From an uncultured OCS116 cluster bacterium (GTDB lineage Bacteria > Pseudomonadota > Alphaproteobacteria > Rhizobiales > TMED25): a stretch of 58,958 nt of DNA. The notes under the pieces were generated by a model. The model was not told the DNA's origin and ran no database searches. It saw only the letters and a program-made list of their open reading frames with translations. The DNA lies in the NCBI GenBank assembly GCA_902538185.1, contig CACBED010000002.1, positions 1-58,958 of the forward strand, given 5' to 3'. Below, one piece after another: positions 1 to 9,509 of the stretch. The position numbers and the translations under genes were made by a program. The number at the start of each line of letters is the position of its first letter. Positions within the stretch are counted from its first letter, which is position 1.

Positions 1-1610
1 TCTGGACAGGATGTAACAGTAAGCTATACAGTGACTGGAACGGCCACAGGTAGTGGTACCGATTATACACTAGCTAATGGAACGCTAACAATATCAGCGG
101 GTGATACATCTGGTACAATTACAATTGCAAGTATTGTTGACGATACATTAGATGAGGCAGATGAAACCGTTATTGTTACATTATCTAGCCCGAGTAATGC
201 AACACTCGGCTCTGATGATACACATACTTACACAATTACTGATAATGATAGCGCTCCAGTGGTCGACTTTAATTTAGCCGCATCAAGCGGCGCTGAGTCT
301 GTCTCATCAGCAACAATTGCTCTTGACCTATCTGCTGTATCATCCAAGACCGTAACGGTTGATTATGATGTAACTGGAACAGCAAGCGACTCCGGTGTTG
401 ATTATAACTTCATATTATCAAGCGGGACATTAACAATAAGCCCTGGATCTACATCCGGGGCACTTACAATTGGTAGTATTTCCGATGATAATCTTGATGA
501 AGTAAATGAAACTGTTATTGTCACATTATCAAACCCATCAAATGCTTCATTAGGAACTAACGATGTGCACACTTACACCATTATTGATAATGATGATCCG
601 CCGGCAATAGATTTTAATACAACAAGCTCAACGGGTGCCGAATCTGTGACCTCGAAAGCAATTACTGTTGATTTATCAGAAGTGTCAAGTAAAGACATCA
701 CTGTTGACTATACGGTAACGGGAACGGCCACAGGTGGCGGTACCGATTATACACTAGCTAATGGAACACTAACAATATCAGCTGGCGATACGACTGGTAC
801 AATCACAATTGCCAGTATTGTTAATGATACTTTGGATGAGACGGATGAAACTGTTATAATTACACTATCTAATCCATCTAATGCAACCGTGGGCTCTGAT
901 AGCATACATACTTATACCATCACGGACAATGACTCTGCTCCAACTATTGATTTTAATGCAACAAGCTCAAACGGCGCTGAATCAGTTAGCTCTAAGGTAC
1001 TTACTGTTGATTTATCTGCAGCCTCAGCCCAAGATGTAACAGTTGATTATACAGTAACTGGTACAGCAACAGGAGGTGGGACTGACTTCACGCTCGCTAA
1101 CGGGACCCTTACAATTGCAGCAGGCAACACATCAGGCACGATCACGATTGCAAGTATTGTCGATGATGCATTGGATGAGTCTGATGAAACAGTAATAATC
1201 ACTCTAGCCAATCCAACAAATGCAACACTTGGATCAGACGACACTCATACTTACACTATTACGGATAATGAGTTGCCAATAATCAATTTCAACGCTACAA
1301 GCTCTAGCGGACTTGAATCAACATCATCAGCAGCGATAACGGTTGGTTTAACATCTGCTCATAACTCAAATATAACAGTCGATTACACCATAACTGGTAC
1401 AGCGACAGGAAGTGGCACTGACTATACCCTAGCCAATGGTACACTAGTCATAACAGCAGGAAATACATCCGGCACCATTACCATTGCAAGCATAGTAGAT
1501 GATAATTTAGATGAAGGAGACGAAACCGTCATAATAACCCTATCAAACCCAACCGAAACTACCTTGGGTTCCGATATTGCTCATACATACTATATTAATG
1601 ACAATGATGA
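1..1610 (+). repeat. Five (first partial) intragenic Calx-beta-type repeats of ~113 aa
   Basis: The 'TY(T/Y)I.DN(D/E)' marker recurs at about nt 226, 571, 910, 1249 and 1585 (spacing 336-345 bp). Synonymous positions are diverged. Confidence 0.85.
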
Positions 1611-3291
1611 TACGACAAATCCTACAATTACCGCCACCATTCCAACTGATAATGCGACGAATGTCGATATTGATGAAAATATTGAAATAACCTTTAGTGA
1701 AGATGTGGATGTCGAGTCAGGAAATATTATCATATATAAATCAGACGATAATAGTGTTATAGAAACAATTGACGTGACGAGCGGGCAGGTAACGGGAACA
1801 GGCACTTCTACGATAATCATCGATCTAACCGATAACTTAGATTATGAAACAGAGTATTACATATTAATTTCTACGACAGCGTTCGATGATGAAAGCGGCA
1901 ACTCTTTTGCCGGGGTTACATCGAATACAGTGCTTAATTTTGAAACAAGAACAAGACTAACAGACCCAACAGAGAAAGATGACGTTGTTGAAATTCTTGA
2001 TGCTATGTCAACAATATCATCCAATTGGGCATTTAAAAATATGGGTGCTATGCAACACAGATTGAGCTGGCTTAATCGCATGTCACAAGTCGATAAAAAT
2101 CAATATGATTTAAAAATAAAATTCCATAATAAGTTTTTGGATGAGCTTGTAAATAATGACCAAAAAATTGAAACTTCTAGCGAAGCTTCCGAATGGCTCT
2201 CTGGGTTATCAGAGAAAGCAATCGACGAGCTTGTTTCTGTAAGCGGTGAGGATGACTGTAATGAAAGCCTTGCGAAGTTCGTGAGGGAGGATTGTCTTGA
2301 AAAATTCGATACTTTTATGAATGAAGAAATAGCAGTCATTCCGTCAGAGATGACACGCGAATATAAAAATGAAATCATTGATATTAAACAAAAATATACA
2401 AATATGCTCAAATCAAAACTCAATATTGATAATGATTGGGCAGCTTGGGTCACTGGGGAAATAACCCTTGCAAACGTTGATGGGCTCGACCCTCATGATA
2501 TTCAGTCTGAAGCTGTGTATATTGGGATTGATCGACACAGTATAAATTACGACTCTATATTTGGAATATCAATATCTTATGGAACTGATGATATAAAGGT
2601 TGGGTCTGATGAGTCTAAAGTGCAATCGGAAAATTATGCCCTGTCTCTCTATGGTTCCAAACAATATGGTTATCAAGATATACCGTTTATCGATGAGGCA
2701 ACAATAGAGTATGTCCTTGGCATTGGTAATCTAAATTTTGATACAACCAGAACAGATATAGGAGAGGTACTCTCTGGTGAAAGGACTGCTACTCAGGTAT
2801 TTGGATCATTAACAGTTCGAGGCAATAGCACAGAGGATGATCAAAAGATTATATCTCCTTACGCAAAAGGTGAGTTTAGCGTGACCGAATTTGACAGCTA
2901 TACAGAGACCGGTGGCGATACCTCATTAAATATAAGCGATCAAACATCTCATAGAGCAAATGTCTCAGTTGGTACTGATATCAGCCTGGTCTATAACCAT
3001 AATGATAATAATTATTTACCTTGGGTTAAATTTGAGTATGGATTATCGTTTGGAAGCGAGTCTGAAATAGAACTAGAATATCCATCAGAAACGGACCCCG
3101 TAACATATACAATCGATAAAGAGACAGAATTTAATGATTTCTGGAAAGTAGGAATTGGTATCGATTTATTCAAAGAGTCTAGTGAAACCATGGATGTATA
3201 TAGCTTTGGTCTCGGGTATGAATTCGAGAGCGGTGGTGTTGATCTCGATTATTCAAATAAATTCTATTTAGACTTCGAATGGGACTTCTAA
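1..3291 (+). CDS. Large surface adhesin/autotransporter, 5'-partial: tandem Calx-beta repeats, one Ig-like (Big_5/SbsA-type) domain, C-terminal beta-barrel
   Basis: Frame is open from base 1 (SGQDVTVSYTVTGTATG...). Repeats contain 'TVDYTVTGTAT..GTDY..ANGTLTI.AG.TSGTITI..IVDD.LDE.DET..ITLSNP.NATLG....HTYTI.DND'. Then 'PTITATIPTDNATNV..IEITFSEDV' (Big_5-like). The C-terminal ~300 aa alternate like a barrel and end in aromatic 'YLDFEWDF'. Confidence 0.85.
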   Translation, partial: SGQDVTVSYTVTGTATGSGTDYTLANGTLTISAGDTSGTITIASIVDDTLDEADETVIVTLSSPSNATLGSDDTHTYTITDNDSAPVVDFNLAASSGAESVSSATIALDLSAVSSKTVTVDYDVTGTASDSGVDYNFILSSGTLTISPGSTSGALTIGSISDDNLDEVNETVIVTLSNPSNASLGTNDVHTYTIIDNDDPPAIDFNTTSSTGAESVTSKAITVDLSEVSSKDITVDYTVTGTATGGGTDYTLANGTLTISAGDTTGTITIASIVNDTLDETDETVIITLSNPSNATVGSDSIHTYTITDNDSAPTIDFNATSSNGAESVSSKVLTVDLSAASAQDVTVDYTVTGTATGGGTDFTLANGTLTIAAGNTSGTITIASIVDDALDESDETVIITLANPTNATLGSDDTHTYTITDNELPIINFNATSSSGLESTSSAAITVGLTSAHNSNITVDYTITGTATGSGTDYTLANGTLVITAGNTSGTITIASIVDDNLDEGDETVIITLSNPTETTLGSDIAHTYYINDNDDTTNPTITATIPTDNATNVDIDENIEITFSEDVDVESGNIIIYKSDDNSVIETIDVTSGQVTGTGTSTIIIDLTDNLDYETEYYILISTTAFDDESGNSFAGVTSNTVLNFETRTRLTDPTEKDDVVEILDAMSTISSNWAFKNMGAMQHRLSWLNRMSQVDKNQYDLKIKFHNKFLDELVNNDQKIETSSEASEWLSGLSEKAIDELVSVSGEDDCNESLAKFVREDCLEKFDTFMNEEIAVIPSEMTREYKNEIIDIKQKYTNMLKSKLNIDNDWAAWVTGEITLANVDGLDPHDIQSEAVYIGIDRHSINYDSIFGISISYGTDDIKVGSDESKVQSENYALSLYGSKQYGYQDIPFIDEATIEYVLGIGNLNFDTTRTDIGEVLSGERTATQVFGSLTVRGNSTEDDQKIISPYAKGEFSVTEFDSYTETGGDTSLNISDQTSHRANVSVGTDISLVYNHNDNNYLPWVKFEYGLSFGSESEIELEYPSETDPVTYTIDKETEFNDFWKVGIGIDLFKESSETMDVYSFGLGYEFESGGVDLDYSNKFYLDFEWDF

Positions 3292-3296
3292 AAACT

Positions 3297-3386
3297 TGGC
3301 GGAGGGAGAGGGATTTGAACCCCCGAACGAGTTACCCCGTTGCCGGCTTTCGAAACCGGTGCTTTCAACCACTCAGCCATCCCTCC
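3297..3386 (-). tRNA. tRNA-Ser (anticodon CGA)
   Basis: Reverse complement folds as GGAGGGA-TG-GCTGAGTGGTTGAAAGC-A-CCGGT-TTCGAAA-GCCGG-long variable arm-GGGGG-TTCAAAT-CCCTC-TCCCTCC-G-CCA. 90 nt, class II, G discriminator, encoded CCA. Confidence 0.92.
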
Positions 3387-3409
3387 ATAAATATATAAGT
3401 TATATGAGC

Positions 3410-4465
3410 TTATAATTCCCCCTGATCAATCAGTTGTTGGAACATTTCCTGAATTGATTTTTTAATCGGTCTATATTTTAAATCTAGGCTTGTAATTGCC
3501 TTTTGATTATCTGCATTCCAACTATACCCCATGCACCCGGAAATCATTTTTCGTGTAATAGATTTATCGATGAGTGGGGCAATAAGCCACACCATCACTT
3601 TCGGCAATTCTTTTTTTGGCAAAGGGTACTGTGGATATTTTTCCTGAAGCATTTCTGAAAGTGATAAAAATGATGTAACTTCATTATACACAATATGTCT
3701 TCCATTAACACTATCAATGTATGCCGCATTCACATGCGCATCGGCAACATCTCTAACATCAACCATCCCAATCTCAAACTTTGGACAGCCGGCTTTGGAA
3801 GTACCATCACCTAGCTGCTTTATGAATTCATGTGATGCAGAAGTGGATTTACCAGATAAGCTTGGCCCAATAACCAGTGCGGGATTAATAACAACTAACT
3901 TCCATCGATTTTGTTTTTCTTCGATGCTCCAAGCTAATTTTTCAGCTAGTACTTTTGAGTAGGAATAAGGCTGATGATCTATTGTTGAGGTAGTATTCCA
4001 AATTTCTTCAGTCAGTATCTTATTTGGGGCATTTTGAATATCGATATGATCACCGAAGATAGCTGCACAAGAGCTTGTAATAATAACCTTTTTTACCGTT
4101 TGTATGCTATTAACTGACTCAAGCACATTTTTCGTACCCTCAACCGCAGGATTAATTAAATCTTTTTGTGCATCGTTAAATTTATATAAAAAAGGAGAGG
4201 CTACATGAAAAACAATTTCGCAATCTGCCATAGCTTTGTCATAAGATTTTGGTTCCATTAAATCGGCTTCAAAGAATAATATATTACCATCTCCTTTATT
4301 TGAGATTTTTTTTAGTGATTTAAGTTTTTCATCGTTTTGTGCATCACGTACTGGCGCGTGAACGGTAACACCTTTTTCAATTAGGCTTTTTGCAATCCAT
4401 CCGCCAACAAAGCCTGTTGATCCTGTCACAAGGACCGGTTTCGAGGTATCAATTTCTAGGGTCAT
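3410..4465 (-). CDS. NAD(P)-dependent epimerase/dehydratase family extended SDR (dihydroflavonol-reductase/aldehyde-reductase-like), 351 aa
   Basis: Rossmann motif VLVTGSTGFVG, 'FHVASP', 'TSSCAA', catalytic YSYSK, 'VDVRDVADAH'. Start moved to ATG 4465 because the longer ORF runs through the tRNA. Confidence 0.88.
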   Translation of the reverse strand: MTLEIDTSKPVLVTGSTGFVGGWIAKSLIEKGVTVHAPVRDAQNDEKLKSLKKISNKGDGNILFFEADLMEPKSYDKAMADCEIVFHVASPFLYKFNDAQKDLINPAVEGTKNVLESVNSIQTVKKVIITSSCAAIFGDHIDIQNAPNKILTEEIWNTTSTIDHQPYSYSKVLAEKLAWSIEEKQNRWKLVVINPALVIGPSLSGKSTSASHEFIKQLGDGTSKAGCPKFEIGMVDVRDVADAHVNAAYIDSVNGRHIVYNEVTSFLSLSEMLQEKYPQYPLPKKELPKVMVWLIAPLIDKSITRKMISGCMGYSWNADNQKAITSLDLKYRPIKKSIQEMFQQLIDQGEL

Positions 4466-4518
4466 AAAAGTTTTATAATATATATTTTGAAATAAATATA
4501 GATTTTTAAGCAGAAAAA

Positions 4519-4608
4519 TGGCGGAGGGGGAGGGATTCGAACCCCCGAACGAGTTGCCCCGTTGCCGGTTTTCAAGACCGGTGCTTTCAACCACTCAGCC
4601 ACCCCTCC
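4519..4608 (-). tRNA. tRNA-Ser (anticodon TGA)
   Basis: Reverse complement GGAGGGG-TG-GCTGAGTGGTTGAAAGC-A-CCGGT-CTTGAAA-ACCGG-variable arm-GGGGG-TTCGAAT-CCCTC-CCCCTCC-G-CCA. Canonical 90-nt cloverleaf. Confidence 0.96.
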
Positions 4609-4618
4609 GGCAAATTTA

Positions 4619-4647
4619 TTTATATATGCGAATTTTGGTGTTGTCTA
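4619..4647 (-). promoter_or_regulatory. Candidate sigma70 promoter for tRNA-Ser(TGA)
   Basis: Minus strand TAGACA-N17-TATAAA ending 10 nt before the tRNA 5' end. The AT-rich background lowers specificity. Confidence 0.4.
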
Positions 4648-4713
4648 ATGATTATTTACGGTATCATCTCACATGTTGATGGTATATATTTATCAATAAA
4701 TATGCAGGGCTTA

Positions 4714-5094
4714 ATGGATTTTAATTGGAAAAACTGGTCAAACGGACAGAAGCTTATTTTCGTGAGTTCAGCAGTTGCTGTGGCATCTTTATTGTTACCC
4801 TGGGCAGACATGGGACTGATATCTGTAAATGGTTTTGCGCAGCAAGGCTATTTGCTCTTCGTTTTTTTTATTTATCCGCTCGCTCGAGTATTAAAATCAA
4901 ATCCAATCAAGCCATTATACGGCTTTATATCGAGCGGTCTTGCTGTCATATGCTCCATATCTTTTGCTTTATCAAAGACTGTTGAGGTTTTTGAGACATC
5001 AGTTAATCTGTCTGGAAGTGGGCTTGTTTTATTTATAATATGCTCAATTACACTCGTTATAGGTGTTTACATGGCAAGAGAGCAAAATAAATAG
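4714..5094 (+). CDS. Small integral membrane protein (~4 TM), unknown function
   Basis: Hydrophobic ORF ('VAVASLLLPW', 'GSGLVLFIICS'). Start uncertain (4702 or 4714; 'AGGGC' precedes 4714). Confidence 0.65.
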   Translation: MDFNWKNWSNGQKLIFVSSAVAVASLLLPWADMGLISVNGFAQQGYLLFVFFIYPLARVLKSNPIKPLYGFISSGLAVICSISFALSKTVEVFETSVNLSGSGLVLFIICSITLVIGVYMAREQNK

Positions 5095-5163
5095 GCAAGA
5101 TGCTCAATAAGGCATCAATCATGATTATTTAATTAATTAATTTCAGTTATTTACAGAATTTAC

Positions 5164-5192
5164 TTGTTTTAAATACTGAAACTTATTACGAT
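5164..5192 (+). promoter_or_regulatory. Candidate sigma70 promoter of the aap operon
   Basis: TTGTTT-N17-TACGAT, 100 nt upstream of aapJ, which has an AAGGAG RBS. Confidence 0.4.
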
Positions 5193-5291
5193 CCTAAAAG
5201 TTAACTTTTTTTTAATTATTTTTTTGGGCTTAAAATTAGATTAAATTGTATTTATTTCGAAGCTCAAATTGACTATTTTAAGGAGATAAAT

Positions 5292-6311
5292 ATGAAAAAA
5301 ATTAGTTTATTATTAGGAGCTTTTGCTCTAATTGGTTTCACATACAGTTCTGTTGCAACCGCATCCACACTTGAAGAAGTTCAAGCACGTGGTGAGTTAG
5401 TTTGCGGTGTTTCTGGTGGAGTTGCGGGCTTCTCAGCACCTAACGATGCTGGTAGAATGGTCGGAATTGACGCTGCAGTATGTGATGCTGTAGCTGCTGC
5501 AGTTTTAGGTGATGCCGATGCAGTTAAATATGTACCATTAACTGCTGCTGAGCGTTTTACTGCTCTATCAGCTGGTGAAGTTGATGTACTATCACGTAAC
5601 ACAACACACACTCTCACAAGAGATGCAACACTAGGTGTTAACTTTACCTACTATAACTTTATCGATGGTCAAGGCTTCATGGTTGCAAAGGCTGATGGTC
5701 TTTCATCAGTTATGGATCTAGATGGTGCAAGTATTTGTGTTCAAGCTGGTACAACTACTGAGCTAAATATGGCTGACTATTTTAGAAATAAAGGACTAGA
5801 CTACACACCTGTTGGGTACTCTACATCCACTGCAACTAGAGAAGGCCTTGAGGGTGGTGCATGTGATGCAATTACTTCAGATGCATCTCAATTAGCAGCT
5901 CTACGTTCAGAAACTGCAGATCCATCTGCTTGGACAATGCTACCAGAGATTATTTCTAAAGAGCCTCTAGGTCCTGTTGTCCGTCAAGGTGACGACCAGT
6001 GGATGGATATTGTAACATGGACACTACACGCAATGATCAATGCTGAAGAGCTTGGTATTGACTCATCAAATGTGGATGCTATGAGAGCTGACTCACCAAA
6101 TCCAAGCGTTGCAAGGATTGTCGGTTCAGAAGGTGAAACTGGTCCATCACTTGGACTTTCACAAGACTGGGCTTACCAGGTTATTAAGCAAGTTGGTAAC
6201 TACGGCGAAGTCTATGAAAAACATGTAGAACCACTTGGTATTGCAAGAGCTGGTTCAGTAAATGATTTATGGACACGTGGCGGTATTATATACTCACCAC
6301 CTCTTCGTTAA
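5292..6311 (+). CDS. aapJ: General L-amino acid ABC transporter substrate-binding protein (AapJ/BztA)
   Basis: Signal peptide; 'RGELVCGVS', 'RFTALSAGEVDVLSRNTT', 'ISKEPLGPVVRQGD', 'QVGNYGE', C-terminal 'YSPPLR'. Confidence 0.95.
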   Translation: MKKISLLLGAFALIGFTYSSVATASTLEEVQARGELVCGVSGGVAGFSAPNDAGRMVGIDAAVCDAVAAAVLGDADAVKYVPLTAAERFTALSAGEVDVLSRNTTHTLTRDATLGVNFTYYNFIDGQGFMVAKADGLSSVMDLDGASICVQAGTTTELNMADYFRNKGLDYTPVGYSTSTATREGLEGGACDAITSDASQLAALRSETADPSAWTMLPEIISKEPLGPVVRQGDDQWMDIVTWTLHAMINAEELGIDSSNVDAMRADSPNPSVARIVGSEGETGPSLGLSQDWAYQVIKQVGNYGEVYEKHVEPLGIARAGSVNDLWTRGGIIYSPPLR

Positions 6312-6325
6312 ATCATGCAATAATA

Positions 6326-6357
6326 ATTGGTCAAAGGCATTATTGCCTTTGGCCAAT
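6326..6357 (+). terminator. Intercistronic stem-loop after aapJ
   Basis: ATTGGTCAAAGGCA-ttat-TGCCTTTGGCCAAT (14-bp stem, one G-U) followed by a T-rich run. Confidence 0.7.
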
Positions 6358-6377
6358 ACTTTCTTTTGGATAAAATC

Positions 6378-7556
6378 GTGGGTAGATCTCCATCAAATAT
6401 ATACCAAAACCCAAAATTTAGGTCTGCAATAATACAGGCAATACTTGTCTTTATTGTCTTTTATACCTTCTACTCACTATATCAAACTACTGTTTTTAAC
6501 CTCGAAGAGAGAGGAATCAAAACGAGCACATCGTTTTTTGATCAGGTTGCGCCATTTAAAGTTGGCTTCAGTCCATTCTTAAATTTTGAGTTGGGTGAAA
6601 CGACATATATTGAAGTATTTTATATCGGTGTGCTAAATACATTGCTTGTGGCAGTCCTGGGTATAATTGCTGCAACATTACTAGGGTTTTTTATTGGTAT
6701 ACTGCGCTCCTCTAATAACTGGTTAGCACAAAAATTCGCTCTTATCTACGTTGAAATTTTTAGAAACATGCCATTATTACTACAAATAATGTTTTGGAAT
6801 TTTGCAATATTTCTGGCATTTCTCCCACCTCCCAAACAATCACTAGAATTTGGTGCATTTTACTTAAATGGTCGAGGCCTTCAAACACCCGTTCCGATTG
6901 TAGAAAATAATTTTCTTTTTAAGGTATGGCTGGGGATTTTAATATTTTCTATTATTGCGAGCTTTATTTTTCGAAATTGGGCAAAAAAAAGGCGCGATCA
7001 AACGGGCAAATCACTTCCCGTTCTGGGTATTTCTCTCTCTGTCATTATTATAATAGGAATATCCAGTTTTTATATCTTAGGCAAACCTTTTGCTGTTGAT
7101 TTACCCGTACTTGGCAAGTTTAACTTTAAAGGCGGAGGTCAGCTACCATTACCTCTATTTTCGCTTTGGTTTGCGCTCACAGTATATACATCTGCATTTA
7201 TTGCTGAAAATGTTAGAGCTGGTATTGCATCTGTATCAAAAGGGCAAATTGAAGCGGCTCGATCCATCGGGCTTACAAGACCTCAGATGGTAAAGCTTAT
7301 AATCATTCCTCAGGCTCTAAGGGTTATAATTCCGCCGACTATAAGTCAATATTTGAACCTCACAAAAAATTCATCACTAGCCATGGCTGTTGGTTATGAG
7401 GAAGTTGTGGCTGTCTGGGCAAACATATCTTTAAATCAAACAGGTCAGGCGTTAATTATCATCGCTATGACCATTATATTTTTCGAAATTTGTAGTCTAT
7501 TCACATCATTCATATTGAACATCTATAATAGACGAATACAAATTACAGAGCGCTAA
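6378..7556 (+). CDS. aapQ: Amino acid ABC transporter permease (AapQ/BztB)
   Basis: 'GVLNTLLVA', 'YVEIFRNMPLLLQ', EAA loop 'GQIEAARSIGL', 'QYLNLTKNSSLA'. GTG 6378 preferred because the upstream extension is the hairpin. Confidence 0.92.
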   Translation: MGRSPSNIYQNPKFRSAIIQAILVFIVFYTFYSLYQTTVFNLEERGIKTSTSFFDQVAPFKVGFSPFLNFELGETTYIEVFYIGVLNTLLVAVLGIIAATLLGFFIGILRSSNNWLAQKFALIYVEIFRNMPLLLQIMFWNFAIFLAFLPPPKQSLEFGAFYLNGRGLQTPVPIVENNFLFKVWLGILIFSIIASFIFRNWAKKRRDQTGKSLPVLGISLSVIIIIGISSFYILGKPFAVDLPVLGKFNFKGGGQLPLPLFSLWFALTVYTSAFIAENVRAGIASVSKGQIEAARSIGLTRPQMVKLIIIPQALRVIIPPTISQYLNLTKNSSLAMAVGYEEVVAVWANISLNQTGQALIIIAMTIIFFEICSLFTSFILNIYNRRIQITER

Positions 7557-7558
7557 CT

Positions 7559-8686
7559 ATGACTATGAACACAGTAAAATTTGAAAAACTACCAGATCGG
7601 CTGCCTCCTGTAAACACTGTTGGATGGGTGGCTTGGGTTAAGCAAAATTTATTTGGCTCTGTTTCGAATACCATAATTACACTCTTATTTTTCTACTTGA
7701 TATTCTTGTATATCCCACCTTTCTTAGAATGGTCTGTATTTAATGCCAATATATCAGGCAGTGATAGAAGTATATGTGATGAAAATAGATCTGGCGCATG
7801 CTGGACCTTTATAAAGGTTAGAATGGAGCAATTATTATTTGGGTTATATTTTGCACAAAACCCTGATCAAATGTGGAGACCAATAATGGCATTTATTGTC
7901 TTTGGCGGTCTTCTCACGCCTTTAGCAATTGACAGAACTCCATATAAAAAATGGTTATTGCTTATTTTGTTAGTGGCATATCCTATTTTCTTTATCTCAT
8001 TGGTTGGCGGTGGGGTTTTTGGAATACCTAAGTCAGATGCGAGCGAATGGGGCGGTTTATTGCTAACATTTACTCTTGCATTCGTTGGGATTGTTTTAGC
8101 CTTGCCCCTTGGCATATTATTAGCGCTCGGAAGGCGCTCTAAGATGCCAGTTGTTCGATCCTTTAGCATAATATATATAGAGTTTTGGCGTGGTACCCCA
8201 TTAATTACCATACTATTCATGGCCTCAGTCATGCTGCCATTATTTTTTCCATCTGGCGTAGAATTTGATAAAGTTGTCAGAGCCATGATTGGAATTACAC
8301 TATTTCAATCTGCTTATACCGCTGAAGCTGTCAGAGGAGGCTTACAAGCCCTAGATAAAGGCCAAACTGAAGCATCCATGGCACTAGGCATGGGCTATTG
8401 GCAGCAAACTATATTTATAATCTTACCACAAGCATTGCGCATATCAATTCCATCAATCGTGAATACTTTCATTGCATTATTTAAAGATACATCACTGGTC
8501 TCAATTATTGGCTTGCTTGATTTATTAAAAATTGCACAAAATTCTTCTCGCTCTTTAGATTGGAATGGGTATGATATTGAAGCATATATGTTTGCTGGTT
8601 TAGTTTTTTGGATATTCTGCTTTGGAATGTCCATTTATAGTCAGAAATTAGAAAGAAAACTCGATACGGATAGGAACGTTGAATGA
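7559..8686 (+). CDS. aapM: Amino acid ABC transporter permease (AapM/BztC)
   Basis: 'GACW', 'WGGLLLT', 'LALGRRS', 'RGTPLIT', '[11 protein letters not shown]'. Confidence 0.93.
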   Translation: MTMNTVKFEKLPDRLPPVNTVGWVAWVKQNLFGSVSNTIITLLFFYLIFLYIPPFLEWSVFNANISGSDRSICDENRSGACWTFIKVRMEQLLFGLYFAQNPDQMWRPIMAFIVFGGLLTPLAIDRTPYKKWLLLILLVAYPIFFISLVGGGVFGIPKSDASEWGGLLLTFTLAFVGIVLALPLGILLALGRRSKMPVVRSFSIIYIEFWRGTPLITILFMASVMLPLFFPSGVEFDKVVRAMIGITLFQSAYTAEAVRGGLQALDKGQTEASMALGMGYWQQTIFIILPQALRISIPSIVNTFIALFKDTSLVSIIGLLDLLKIAQNSSRSLDWNGYDIEAYMFAGLVFWIFCFGMSIYSQKLERKLDTDRNVE

Positions 8687-9429
8687 CAAAAAGTGACTCA
8701 ATAATTAAAATTTCTAAACTGAATAAGTGGTATGGCAAATTTCATGCTCTTAAAGACATCGACTTGTCAGTTGGTAGAACAGAGAAAATCGTTATTTGCG
8801 GTCCGTCTGGTTCAGGTAAGTCCACGCTTATACGATGCATTAATCGCCTTGAGGTACATCAAGAGGGCTCTATACAAGTTGATGGTATTGAATTAACTGA
8901 TGATATAAAACAAATAACCGAGATTAGGAGTGATGTCGGTATGGTATTCCAGCATTTCAATCTATTTCCTCACCTCACTGTTCTTGAAAATTGCTCTTTA
9001 GCGCCGATATGGGTTAGAAAAAAATCAAAAGTTGAAGCAGAAGAGATGGCGATGCAACTCCTTGAAAAAGTTCGAATACCTGACCAAGCCGATAAATATC
9101 CAGGACAATTATCAGGTGGTCAGCAGCAAAGAGTTGCCATTGCACGTGCCTTATGTATGCAGCCGCGAATTATGCTATTCGATGAACCTACGTCCGCTCT
9201 TGATCCTGAAATGATAAAAGAGGTGCTAGAGACAATGATTGAGCTCGCAGACTCTGGAATGACTATGATCGTTGTTACGCACGAAATGGGTTTTGCTAAT
9301 AGGGTTGCGGATAGAATTATATTTATGGATGAAGGGCAAATTGTCGAGCAAAACGATCCTGAGTCATTTTTTAAAAATCCAGAGTCAGACAGAACAAAAC
9401 TTTTCTTGAGCCAGATTTTAGATCATTAA
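8683..9429 (+). CDS. aapP: Amino acid ABC transporter ATP-binding protein (AapP/BztD)
   Basis: Walker [18 protein letters not shown], Walker B '[13 protein letters not shown]'. ATGA overlap with aapM. Confidence 0.95.
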   Translation: MTKSDSIIKISKLNKWYGKFHALKDIDLSVGRTEKIVICGPSGSGKSTLIRCINRLEVHQEGSIQVDGIELTDDIKQITEIRSDVGMVFQHFNLFPHLTVLENCSLAPIWVRKKSKVEAEEMAMQLLEKVRIPDQADKYPGQLSGGQQQRVAIARALCMQPRIMLFDEPTSALDPEMIKEVLETMIELADSGMTMIVVTHEMGFANRVADRIIFMDEGQIVEQNDPESFFKNPESDRTKLFLSQILDH

Positions 9430-9509
9430 ACACTTGCGATGAAAAAATAATTTTAGTTCAATATTAGAGAAGCTTAATAAATCGATTGGAAAAAAAAAGG
9501 AGAATATTT

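Noticed and set aside
1-1610. Repeats as a CRISPR array or DGR template/variable pair
   Set aside because: Units are ~340-bp in-frame protein repeats with synonymous divergence. There are no short identical repeats with spacers, and no cas or reverse transcriptase gene.
1-3386. tRNA-Ser(CGA) supplying the Ser-rich adhesin
   Set aside because: By eye the adhesin's Ser codons are mostly TCT/TCA/AGT/AGC with few TCG, so there is no evident special demand (not formally counted).
4466-4594. 43-aa N-terminal extension of the SDR ORF (394-aa call)
   Set aside because: It is translation through tRNA-Ser(TGA). The SDR fold begins at MTLEIDTSK (ATG 4465).
3297-4608. tRNA pair as attL/attR of a prophage or ICE
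   Set aside because: Both copies are full-length with compensatory changes, only one metabolic gene lies between them, and no integrase is in the window.
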